From positions 1 to 49,809 of the forward strand of contig CAYYLF010000002.1 of the NCBI GenBank assembly GCA_964472425.1: a DNA stretch of 49,809 nucleotides. Reading direction: 5' to 3'. The notes below the pieces were generated by a model. It saw only the letters and a list, made by a program, of their open reading frames with translations, searched no databases and had not been told where the DNA came from. This stretch comes from an uncultured Muribaculaceae bacterium. GTDB taxonomy: Bacteria; Bacillota_I; Bacilli_A; RF39; UBA660. Below, piece after piece: positions 26,265 through 35,046 of the stretch (position 1 is its first letter; every line of letters starts with the position of its first letter). The position numbers and the translations under genes are program-made.

Positions 26265-28403
26265 ATGATTGAAGAACTGACGAGCGAACTTTTAAAGAAC
26301 GCCAAAGAATATATAAAAGAAGAGGGAATAAATGTTATTTCCTCTTCTATTGAGTACGCCAAAAAATATGGAACGGAAGTTTTAGATGTCAAAGGTAATT
26401 CTTACTTTGCCCACATCTTGAGGACGACCCTCATCCTGACCGAACTTCATGCCGACTACATCTGCATTGCCTCTTCCATAGTCCAATGGTTGCCGCAACA
26501 CATCGAAGGAATCACGGTGGAAGACATAACTCGCGAATTTGGTGAAGAAATCGGAGCCATCACAGACAGTCTCTACAAGATAAACAATCTCAAACTTAAA
26601 GACGTCAAAGAGGCGAGTGCCATCTACTTCCGAAAAGTTCTAGTTGGCCTTTCGACCGACGTTCGAGTCATAATCATCAAACTGGCCTGCCGCCTCGACA
26701 ATCTTCGCACGGTCTATACGGAACCGAACGAAGAGCAGAAAAACAAATGTCTCGAGACCGAAAGTGTCCTCATCCCGATTGCCCACCGTCTCGGCATCAA
26801 CTACATCAAAAGCGAACTAGAGGACCTGTGCCTCAAATATTTGAAACCGGATATCTACAACGAAATAGTCGAAAACCTAAACGCCGACCACGACGAACTG
26901 CAAGGCTACATCGACGAAATGAAGACGAGTCTTTCCGAAATCATGAACGAACACGGCATCAAGTTTCGTATCAAGGGACGCGTCAAATCTATCCACAGCC
27001 TTTACACCAAACTCGCCAAGGGAAAACGGTGGAGCGAAATATACGACATCTTGGCCCTGCGCATAATCGTCGAAGACGAATCGGAGTGTTACCTCGCCAT
27101 CGGACTCATCCATGCAAAATATAGACCTATCCCGAAACGCTTCAAAGACTACATAGCTCAACCGAAAGAAAACATGTATCAAAGTCTGCATACAGGCGTA
27201 ATCGGACCGAACGGCAAAATATTCGAAATTCAAATTAGAACCGAAGATATGGACGAGATAGCCGAATGCGGAATTGCCTCCCACTGGTCTTACAAAGAAC
27301 ACGGGACCAAAGCCATCCAAAACTTGATGGAACAAAAACTCGAACTGTTCCGCGATTCCCTCGAAATATCGGACGGCGAAGACGAAGCGATAAACGAATT
27401 CAAAGAAGTATTCCTCTCTAAGATGATATACGTCTTTACCCCTAAAGGCGACATTCTCGAACTGCCGGAAGGCTCGACACCCGTCGACTTCGCTTATCGC
27501 ATCCATTCTCACGTCGGAGACACTCTAGTCGGAGCCATCGTAAACGACCTCATAGTCCCAGTCGACACTCGTCTCGAGAACAACGACATAGTCAAAATCA
27601 TGACGAACGAAAACTCAACTCCGAACAAAGAATGGCTGAAATTCGTCAAAACCAACCAAGCCAAGAACAAAATCAAAGGTTTCTTCAACAAAAAAGACCG
27701 CGAAGAATACATCTCGAAAGGTCGCGAACTGCTCAAAAAAGAAGTCAAAAGACGGCACTTGAAAGAAAACGAAATTCTTTCTGACGAGAACCTTGCCGAG
27801 ATAGCCAATATCCTCAAACTCAAAGACGCGGACGAACTCGCTTTCTCGATTGGCAATCTCCATTACTCGGCCAACTATTGTATAGGCCTTCTCTTCGAAG
27901 AAAAGCCAAGTATCGAAAGTCAAATACTCGAAAAAATTGACAACCATGCCCATCGCGAGAAAAGCCATGCGAACGACATAATCGTCGAGGGATGTGACAA
28001 CATACTGATAACTACCGCCAACTGCTGTAAACCTATTTACGGAGATGAGATAATCGGATATATCACTAAAGGAGAAGGCATAGTCGTCCACAAGGCGAAC
28101 TGTGCGAACATCAAAAACATGGAGTCGCGTTTCATAGACGTCGCTTGGAATGACTCTCCGACCGAAGTTTACAGTGCGAGACTGCTCGTTCGTACGAATA
28201 CGACCGACAATAAGATACTCGACATAGTGACCAAATGTTCGGGCCGCAATCTCACCATCGAATCGTTCGAGACCATCGAAAAGAACGACCACACCGACTA
28301 CGAAATACTAGTTCGCGTGCCGGATAAAGAAAAACTGAACCTGTTCATGCTCGACTTGGAAACTCTGTCGTTCGTGGATACGGTCGAAAGGAAGGCGAAA
28401 TGA
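26265..28403 (+). CDS. rel: Long RelA/SpoT-homologue (p)ppGpp synthetase; the hydrolase (HD) domain appears degenerate
   Basis: Synthetase motifs RVKSIHSLYTKL, YDILALRIIV, FKDYIAQPKENMYQSLHT, EIQIRT, HWSYKE. TGS (VFTPKGDILELPEGSTPVDFAYRIHSHVG) and ACT-like C-terminus. Confidence 0.9.
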   Translation: MIEELTSELLKNAKEYIKEEGINVISSSIEYAKKYGTEVLDVKGNSYFAHILRTTLILTELHADYICIASSIVQWLPQHIEGITVEDITREFGEEIGAITDSLYKINNLKLKDVKEASAIYFRKVLVGLSTDVRVIIIKLACRLDNLRTVYTEPNEEQKNKCLETESVLIPIAHRLGINYIKSELEDLCLKYLKPDIYNEIVENLNADHDELQGYIDEMKTSLSEIMNEHGIKFRIKGRVKSIHSLYTKLAKGKRWSEIYDILALRIIVEDESECYLAIGLIHAKYRPIPKRFKDYIAQPKENMYQSLHTGVIGPNGKIFEIQIRTEDMDEIAECGIASHWSYKEHGTKAIQNLMEQKLELFRDSLEISDGEDEAINEFKEVFLSKMIYVFTPKGDILELPEGSTPVDFAYRIHSHVGDTLVGAIVNDLIVPVDTRLENNDIVKIMTNENSTPNKEWLKFVKTNQAKNKIKGFFNKKDREEYISKGRELLKKEVKRRHLKENEILSDENLAEIANILKLKDADELAFSIGNLHYSANYCIGLLFEEKPSIESQILEKIDNHAHREKSHANDIIVEGCDNILITTANCCKPIYGDEIIGYITKGEGIVVHKANCANIKNMESRFIDVAWNDSPTEVYSARLLVRTNTTDNKILDIVTKCSGRNLTIESFETIEKNDHTDYEILVRVPDKEKLNLFMLDLETLSFVDTVERKAK

Positions 28404-28404
28404 T

Positions 28405-28842
28405 ATGCGCGTACTAATAAGTCGAGTAGCCTATGCCGAAGTGCAAGTCGACGGAAAAACTACCGGCCAATGTGGAGTAGGACTCCTCGTACTCTCTTGT
28501 TTTACCGAAGGTGATGGCCCCAAAGAAGTAGAATACCTCGCCAAAAAATGTGCAAACCTTCGCATCTTCGACGACGAAAACGGAGTCATGAACTTGAGCG
28601 TTGGAGACGTCAGGGGCACGATTCTCTCGATAAGCCAATTCACTCTATACGCGGACGCGTCCAAAGGAAATCGTCCTAGTTACATAAAGGCTCTAGGTGG
28701 CCCCGAAGCGAGTGAACTCTACGACCTCTTCAATGAGCGCCTAAACGAATACGTTCACACCGAGACGGGAGTGTTCGGAGCCGACATGCAGATATCTGCT
28801 CATCACGACGGCCCGATAAACATCATCATAGATTCCAAATAG
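28405..28842 (+). CDS. dtd: D-aminoacyl-tRNA deacylase
   Basis: MRVLISRV..., SQFTLYAD..KGNRPS motifs. Directly follows rel, as in many Firmicutes. Confidence 0.9.
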   Translation: MRVLISRVAYAEVQVDGKTTGQCGVGLLVLSCFTEGDGPKEVEYLAKKCANLRIFDDENGVMNLSVGDVRGTILSISQFTLYADASKGNRPSYIKALGGPEASELYDLFNERLNEYVHTETGVFGADMQISAHHDGPINIIIDSK

Positions 28843-28853
28843 AGGATGCGACC

Positions 28854-29789
28854 ATGAAAAAAATAAAGACCATTATCATAATACTATTTATACTCGGCCT
28901 CGCCGGATTGGCAACTCTTCTGGGTCTCGACTACTACGTTCGTTCGAGCACGAGCGACTTCATCCTCGACCTCGAAGCCTCGAGTACCCTCGAAGACGTC
29001 GATTACATCCTCATTCTAGGCGCAGGCCTCAACTCCGACGGCACACCGAGTCCCATGCTCAAAGAAAGACTCGACGCCGGAATAGAGCTCTACAAAGAAG
29101 GAGTTTCGGACAAAATACTCGTGAGCGGCGACCACCTCGAAGCCGACCACGACGAGGTCAACTCGATGAAAAACTACATGACCAAAGAAGGTATCCCATC
29201 GGACGCCATCTACATGGACCACGCTGGTATTTCGACCTACGACTCCTTCTACCGAGCCAAAGAAATGTTCTCAGCCCATTCGGTAATCGCCGTTACCCAA
29301 AAATATCACCTCTACCGTTCCATATACATAGGTAAAAGTCTCGGACTCGCCGTTCACGGATACGACGCGACTAGGAAAACTTACTCGGGTCAACTCTACC
29401 GCGATGCTCGCGAAATTCTCGCCCGCGTCAAAGACTTCGTCAAGTGCTTAGCCAAACCGACCTCATCTTACCTAGGTGAAGCAATACCCGTCTCAGCCGG
29501 AGGAAATGCTACGAACGACCGCGAATATCTGATAATAGAAGGGACCGACTCCTCCGAAATATACCTGAGCGATGCGAACTGCCTAGAAAGAATAAAGACG
29601 ATTCTCGCCGATTGTGACTTCATTGACAAACGTAGCAATCGAGCAGACTATACCTTTCAGTTCCAATCGGGCGAAAAGTACACCATCGAAATAGATGATG
29701 ATAAAATCTACATTGCAACCGAAGAATGGAAGGCCACCTTGAACGAAGAAGACACCTCGTTTTTCCAACTCATCCTCGGCTTAGACTAA
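28854..29789 (+). CDS. SanA/YdcF (DUF218) family membrane protein with an extra C-terminal domain
   Basis: N-terminal TM. DYILILGAGLNSDGTPSPMLKERLDAGIELYKEG.SDKILVSGDH...EVNSMKNYM...GIP...IYMDHAGISTYDS. Confidence 0.7.
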   Translation: MKKIKTIIIILFILGLAGLATLLGLDYYVRSSTSDFILDLEASSTLEDVDYILILGAGLNSDGTPSPMLKERLDAGIELYKEGVSDKILVSGDHLEADHDEVNSMKNYMTKEGIPSDAIYMDHAGISTYDSFYRAKEMFSAHSVIAVTQKYHLYRSIYIGKSLGLAVHGYDATRKTYSGQLYRDAREILARVKDFVKCLAKPTSSYLGEAIPVSAGGNATNDREYLIIEGTDSSEIYLSDANCLERIKTILADCDFIDKRSNRADYTFQFQSGEKYTIEIDDDKIYIATEEWKATLNEEDTSFFQLILGLD

Positions 29790-29792
29790 AAG

Positions 29793-29863
29793 TTTTTCCA
29801 TCCTGCTGGAAAAAATCTAAAATTTTGCAAGTTTTTCCAATCCACTGGAAAAACTTTTATTTT
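29793..29863 (+). repeat. Two copies of a TTTTTCCA-N6-TGGAAAAA hairpin (second copy acts as a terminator)
   Basis: Hairpin 1 at 29793-29814. Hairpin 2 at 29831-29854, followed by TTTTATTTT. Confidence 0.8.
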
Positions 29864-29872
29864 GGTCGATAA

Positions 29873-30322
29873 TACTTAGAAGGACTGTGTTCGACATTCA
29901 TAATAAACAAAGTATACCGTTACGACATAAAAGGCAAAAACGTATTAAAATCTCTAAATAAATACTATGCGACCGATTTGGGAGTTAAAAAGATTAAAAC
30001 TGGCAACAAAGAAGTCAATTATTCCCAAGCCTTTGAAAACATCGTTTACAACGAACTTTTGAACAAAGGTTACGAAGTCTACATAGGCAAAACTCCGAAA
30101 GGAGAAATCGATTTCATCGTCTCAAAAGACGATAAAATAAAATACATTCAGGCCTGCTACGACCTTTCTAACGAAGATACGAGGAAAAGAGAGTTTTCGG
30201 CTTTCGGAAGCATAAACGACAACTATCCTTGCTATGTCATATCCAACAATGAAGAAAATTATTCGAGCGATGGCATCATTCACATGAACATCTTCGATTT
30301 TCTCATGAAAGACGATTTCTAA
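29873..30322 (+). pseudogene. 5'-truncated remnant of a COG1373/DUF4143 ATPase gene (C-terminal third only)
   Basis: The frame opens right after a TAA at 29870. It reads ...KVYRYDIKGKNVLKSLNKYYATDLGVKK...FENIVYNELLNKGYEVYIGK....EIDFIV......YIQACY......REFSAFGSI.DNYPCYVI. No Walker motifs or N-terminal part are present. Confidence 0.65.
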
Positions 30323-30404
30323 AGATTCGCCTTTTTTCTTATTTTTCAAAAACTCGTCATAATAATCCTCAAAAATAATAGACTTAACTGAAAGGATAGT
30401 ATTT

Positions 30405-31883
30405 ATGGAGAAAACACAAATATTTGAGTCTATTGCTAAACGCGGTAATGGCGAAATCTACTTAGGAGTAGTAGGAGCAGTAAGAACTGGTAAATCGACC
30501 TTCATAAAACGATTTATCGAAAACCTCGTCGTTCCTAATATAAAAGACGAGTACGAAAAAAAACATTGCCTTGACGAGATACCACAAAGTGCTCAAGGCA
30601 AGACGATTATGACGACCGAACCCAAATTCGTTCCTTCCAATGGGGCGAGCATCGAAGTAGGTGAACTTACGGCCAATATCAAACTCATCGACTGTGTCGG
30701 ATACGTCATCCCTGGTGCATCCGGATACGACGACGAAATGGGGAACCCTCGCATGGTCAAAACGCCATGGACCCCGGAAGAAATTCCGTTTACTGAGGCT
30801 GCCGAAATCGGAACCGAAAAGGTCATCAAGGACCACGCGACCATCGGAATAGTCGTGACGACCGATGGTTCCTTCGGGGAAATTCCTCGAGCTGAATACA
30901 TAAACGCCGAAGAGCGAGTCATCATGGAACTCAAAACCCTCGGCAAACCTTTCATAGTCATCATGAACACGGTCCATCCGACCAATACCGAAACGGTCCG
31001 TTTGTCCGGCGAAATATCCGAAAAATACGACGTTCCAGTCCTTCCGGTAAGTGTCGAGACGATGAACGAACAAGACATCATGGAAATACTCAAAACAGCC
31101 CTCATGGAGTTCCCCGTTCTAGAAGTGAACGTGAGCATTCCAGACTGGATACACGTCCTCGACAACACCCACGAAATAAAAGCCGAATTCTTAAATAAAA
31201 TAAGAGAATCGGTCATGGAAGTCGATAAAATAAAAGACATCGAAGCCATCCTCGGCCACTTTAACGAGACTAAATACATATCTAAATCTTACATGAGCGA
31301 GTTGGATGCGAATATCGGAGTCGTCACTTTAAAACTCGAAGCCTCTCGAGACCTCTATCGCGAGACACTCAAATCGGTCATGGGTGACGTCTCCCTTTCG
31401 AAAGCTAGTATTCTAAAGATGTTCATCAACATGAGTTCAGGGGCAAGTGAGACATTACAAATCAAAGACGCGCTCAAAATGGCGCGCAGTACGGGATACG
31501 GCATCATGTATCCAGACTTGAAAGATATGAAGTTGGAGACGCCTGAGATAATCAAGCAAGGCAACAAATACGGCGTCAAACTGAAAGCGGTCGCCAGTTC
31601 TATTCACTTGATTAAGGTCGACGTCGAGAGCACCTTCGAACCGATAATCGGAAGCGAACTTCAAAGTAAAGAACTCATAAACTTCATCATGAAAGACTAC
31701 GAGACCGACCCATCGAGTATCTGGAAAAGCGAAATATTCGGCCGCAGTCTCGACGTCATAGTCAAAGAAGGAATCCAAGGAAAACTTTCCCTCATGCCGG
31801 AAACAACCCGTTACAAACTCGGTTCGACCATCACCAAAATCGTCAACAAAGGGGCCAACAACCTTATCGCCTTCGTACTTTAA
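30405..31883 (+). CDS. spoIVA: Stage IV sporulation protein A (spore coat morphogenetic ATPase)
   Basis: IFESIAKRGNGEIYLGVVGAVRTGKSTFIKRF Walker A, 492 aa, conserved C-terminus NNLIAFVL. hup lies downstream, as in Bacillus. Confidence 0.93.
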   Translation: MEKTQIFESIAKRGNGEIYLGVVGAVRTGKSTFIKRFIENLVVPNIKDEYEKKHCLDEIPQSAQGKTIMTTEPKFVPSNGASIEVGELTANIKLIDCVGYVIPGASGYDDEMGNPRMVKTPWTPEEIPFTEAAEIGTEKVIKDHATIGIVVTTDGSFGEIPRAEYINAEERVIMELKTLGKPFIVIMNTVHPTNTETVRLSGEISEKYDVPVLPVSVETMNEQDIMEILKTALMEFPVLEVNVSIPDWIHVLDNTHEIKAEFLNKIRESVMEVDKIKDIEAILGHFNETKYISKSYMSELDANIGVVTLKLEASRDLYRETLKSVMGDVSLSKASILKMFINMSSGASETLQIKDALKMARSTGYGIMYPDLKDMKLETPEIIKQGNKYGVKLKAVASSIHLIKVDVESTFEPIIGSELQSKELINFIMKDYETDPSSIWKSEIFGRSLDVIVKEGIQGKLSLMPETTRYKLGSTITKIVNKGANNLIAFVL

Positions 31884-31906
31884 AAGGGTAATGCTCCCTT
31901 TTTTCT
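31883..31906 (+). terminator. Terminator after spoIVA
   Basis: AAGGG-taatgct-CCCTT followed by TTTTCTTT. Confidence 0.6.
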
Positions 31907-32088
31907 TTATTTCAAACTAGTCAAAAAAGCCCCAAAAAGGCGCTCACTTGTGTAAAATAAGTAAATTTTTATGCTATTTGACGCTTTTTACTTGATTTTT
32001 ACCCTTGAAATATGATAATTTATTGAATGTAAGGAAGATAAAGTAGTTCAGATTTCCTTATAAATAAAAACATAGGAGGTATTTTACA

Positions 32089-32361
32089 ATGAACAAAGCT
32101 GATTTAATGGAAAAGGTCGCAGCAACAGTTGGTCTTTCTAAAGCCGACGCTGGTCGTGCACTAGACGCTGTACTAGAGGGAATCTCTGAAGGCCTTAAAA
32201 AAGAGGGAAAGGTCACTTTGGTCGGATTCGGAACTTTCGAAAGAAAGACTCGTGCCGCTAGAAATGGTATCAACCCATTGACTAAACAACCAATCTCAAT
32301 TCCTGAAAAGAATGTCGTTTCATTCAAAGCTGGAAGCAAGTTAAAAGATTCAGTAAACTAA
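32089..32361 (+). CDS. hup: DNA-binding protein HU
   Basis: MNKADLMEKVA...GFGTFE...ARNGINPLT...V.FKAG; AGGAGG RBS. Confidence 0.95.
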   Translation: MNKADLMEKVAATVGLSKADAGRALDAVLEGISEGLKKEGKVTLVGFGTFERKTRAARNGINPLTKQPISIPEKNVVSFKAGSKLKDSVN

Positions 32362-32380
32362 GTAGAATACGAGTATTTTA

Positions 32381-32404
32381 AAGACCAAACGATTTGGTCT
32401 TTTT
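32381..32404 (+). terminator. Terminator after hup
   Basis: AAGACCAAA-cga-TTTGGTCTT followed by TTT. Confidence 0.75.
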
Positions 32405-32456
32405 AATCGGCCAATTTTATGGTAAAATGATATAAGAATAGGTTAGGTGAAGAACC

Positions 32457-33347
32457 ATGAACAATGGGGAAGAAAAATTAAAAGAACAAAAAGCCGGCAA
32501 TCCGATATTCATACTCATCATATTTGCAGCCATCATCGGGTTCATTTTCTACGTTCCCGATATATATAAAAAGTACAATGCCGAATTTAGCAAATTCTTA
32601 GGTGGGGGCAACTCCAAAGAAGAAGACAAAGGACAAAAGGAAGACGACAAATCTCCGATAAGTGCCTACTACCAGTTGGGAAGTCGAAGTACCCTCAAAT
32701 TCAACGAGATAACCCTTACAGATATCTCCTTGAGTCCAGACAAGACGCTTACCTTCACGATAAACTCCGAAAACCAAATCGACCTCGACGAACTTTACTA
32801 CTATGCCGAATTCTACAAAGAAAGGAAGACCTTCGTTGGTCGCCGACTACTCCACGGAAAAGTTCCCAAAAAACTCACGCTAGAACTCGACCTTGCGAAC
32901 CTCGACGTCGATACGACCACCTACATGACCGTGAGTCTCATCACGGACGATGGCATCCAACCGATAGAAGATTCGGGCGACGAATCGGGGCTCACTTCGA
33001 TACGATGCACCAAAGGTACAGAAACGTTCGATTACGATTTCTATCTAAAGAAACTAGCCAAGACGACCTACAAGTACACCTACGAAAACGAAAACATGGA
33101 CGAACTCTCGCGCTCTCTACTCGAAGCTCAAAAGAAAGAAAAGGCCTATAACGAATACACCGGTGTCACAGCCCACATCACGGAAAACGACACCTCTTAC
33201 ATCTTCCTATCCGAATTTGACTACGCGAACGTGACGACATTCCAAAAACTGGGCGACCCTCGCATCTTCGACAAAAATACCCTAAACAGTGTCGTCAAAT
33301 TCAAGATGGACGCGGAAGGATTCGATTGCGATGAAAAACGCGTTTGA
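32457..33347 (+). CDS. Hypothetical membrane-anchored protein
   Basis: One TM (IFILIIFAAIIGFIFYV). Overlaps the scpA start. Confidence 0.5.
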   Translation: MNNGEEKLKEQKAGNPIFILIIFAAIIGFIFYVPDIYKKYNAEFSKFLGGGNSKEEDKGQKEDDKSPISAYYQLGSRSTLKFNEITLTDISLSPDKTLTFTINSENQIDLDELYYYAEFYKERKTFVGRRLLHGKVPKKLTLELDLANLDVDTTTYMTVSLITDDGIQPIEDSGDESGLTSIRCTKGTETFDYDFYLKKLAKTTYKYTYENENMDELSRSLLEAQKKEKAYNEYTGVTAHITENDTSYIFLSEFDYANVTTFQKLGDPRIFDKNTLNSVVKFKMDAEGFDCDEKRV

Positions 33348-34059
33348 GTTTACCATCCAAGACTTCAGTGGACCATTAGACCTTCTTTTGCACCTCGTCA
33401 AAGAATCGAAGATGGACATCTACGAAGTTCCCATCGAACACATCACCCAAGAATACGTCGACTTCATAAATCAAATGGAAGAAATGAACATAGACGTCGC
33501 GAGCGAATACCTCGTCCTCGCAAGCGAACTTGTACATCTAAAGAGCAAAATGCTTCTCAATATCAAAGACCCAGACGAAGAGGGCGACCAGCTCGAATTC
33601 AAAATCGGTACGGAAGAAGAACTTCGTCATCGCTTAGTCGAATACCAACGCTACAAAGAACTTAGCGAAGACTTTAGGCTCTTAGAATCGAGAAGGGGAG
33701 AAGTCCACACCAAAATACCGGAATCTCTAACCGAATACAAAGACGACGTCACTCTCAATACGGATGTGAGCCTCGACGACCTCATGAGCGCATTGGCGGA
33801 AGTTTTAGAAAGACAAAAATACGTGCGACCTTTATCCACCAAGATTACTAAACGCGAGATGAGCGTCGAACATCGAACACGCGAGATAAGAGAGATTCTT
33901 TCGACCCGCAAGAGAGTAGAATTCTTCGAACTCTTCGAAGAGCCTTCTCGCGAATACATCGTCGTCACCTTCCTCTCCGTCCTAGAGATGACTAAGGCGA
34001 ACGAAATAAACATCAAACAAGAACAAAATTTTGCAAACATCTACATAGAAGCGAAGTGA
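33331..34059 (+). CDS. scpA: Segregation and condensation protein A
   Basis: FEFTIQDFSGPLDLLLHLVKESKMDIYEVPI..IT.EY motif. Start taken at the MKNAF Met. Confidence 0.88.
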   Translation: MKNAFEFTIQDFSGPLDLLLHLVKESKMDIYEVPIEHITQEYVDFINQMEEMNIDVASEYLVLASELVHLKSKMLLNIKDPDEEGDQLEFKIGTEEELRHRLVEYQRYKELSEDFRLLESRRGEVHTKIPESLTEYKDDVTLNTDVSLDDLMSALAEVLERQKYVRPLSTKITKREMSVEHRTREIREILSTRKRVEFFELFEEPSREYIVVTFLSVLEMTKANEINIKQEQNFANIYIEAK

Positions 34060-34065
34060 TAAAAT

Positions 34066-34653
34066 ATGAATTTATTGGGAGTTTTAGAAGGCATCCTCTT
34101 TGCCGTCGGCGACGAAGGCATAACGCTTAAAACTTTGTGCGAAGTCATGGACATCGACCTCGAGCAAGCCAAAGACTTGCTCCGTCAGCTCCAACATCGT
34201 TACGAAAGCGACGAATACGGAGTTCGCGTAAGTTACCTGGGAGACGCTTTCAAATTGACGACTAAGAAAGAACACAAAGACTACTACCACAAACTCTTAG
34301 GCAATCCGGAAACCCAAAGCCTCTCTGAGTCTTCATTAGAAGTCCTCGCCATCATAGCCTATAATCAACCGATTACGAGGATAATGATAGACGAAATGAG
34401 AGGAGTCGCGAGCGGGCAAATCGTCCGCAAACTCGTCGCCCGTGGACTAGTCAAAACCGTCGGCAAATCGAAAATGGCCGGCAAACCGAACCTCTACGGC
34501 ACGACGAAAGAATTCTTAGACTACTTCGGCCTTTCTACCATCGAAGACTTACCGAAACTCGAACTCGAAGAGCCACCGAAAGAAGAAGAGACCGAACTCT
34601 TCACCTCGATATACAAAGACGGCGAACAGACGCCAGAACCCGTCGAAAACTAA
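34066..34653 (+). CDS. scpB: Segregation and condensation protein B
   Basis: LEGILFAVGDEGI..., SLSESSLEVLAIIAYNQPITR..ID..RGV winged-helix motifs. Confidence 0.9.
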   Translation: MNLLGVLEGILFAVGDEGITLKTLCEVMDIDLEQAKDLLRQLQHRYESDEYGVRVSYLGDAFKLTTKKEHKDYYHKLLGNPETQSLSESSLEVLAIIAYNQPITRIMIDEMRGVASGQIVRKLVARGLVKTVGKSKMAGKPNLYGTTKEFLDYFGLSTIEDLPKLELEEPPKEEETELFTSIYKDGEQTPEPVEN

Positions 34654-34662
34654 AAAGACCTT

Positions 34663-34929
34663 TTACGACTTTTTCCTCGTAGAAGGTCTTTTCCTATCCT
34701 CAGCCCCATACATCATACTCACTGGCAGCCTATCCCTTTCATCCGTCCGATAGAGCAGATAATCTATGCTCGTATCGTAATAATCGGCCAACTTTTTGAG
34801 TATGTCCGTCGGTATATCATTAGTCTCAGTCTCGTATTGACTGTAACCTGTTTGAGACATATTTAATATTTTCGCAATTTCAGTCTGTGTTTTATCTACA
34901 TCTTCTCTTAACTCTTTTAATCTATTCAT
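34663..34929 (-). CDS. XRE-family helix-turn-helix transcriptional regulator
   Basis: RLKELREDVDKTQTEIAKILNMSQTGYSQYETETNDIPTDILKKLADYYDTSIDYLL. GGTGA RBS 8 nt before ATG 34929. Confidence 0.8.
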   Translation of the reverse strand: MNRLKELREDVDKTQTEIAKILNMSQTGYSQYETETNDIPTDILKKLADYYDTSIDYLLYRTDERDRLPVSMMYGAEDRKRPSTRKKS

Positions 34930-34956
34930 AATATTTATCACCGTATCAAATATAAT

Positions 34957-35029
34957 ATAACTTAAAATAAGTTATTGATTTTTATCACGAAATAAGTTAA
35001 AATATAATTGTGTAACCTAAAATAAGTTA
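34957..35029. promoter_or_regulatory. Operator-like repeats in the divergent XRE / paralog C intergenic region
   Basis: Inverted repeat ATAACTTA-aaa-TAAGTTAT (34957-34975) plus two further AAATAAGTTA copies (34990-34999, 35020-35029). TATAAT at 35003-35008. Confidence 0.45.
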
Positions 35030-35046
35030 GAAAAGAGGATGTATGT

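Noticed and set aside
29793-29863. Possible CRISPR-like or REP array
   Set aside because: There are only two hairpin copies with a 16-nt gap. No spacer-repeat periodicity and no cas genes are present. It is treated as duplicated terminator hairpins.
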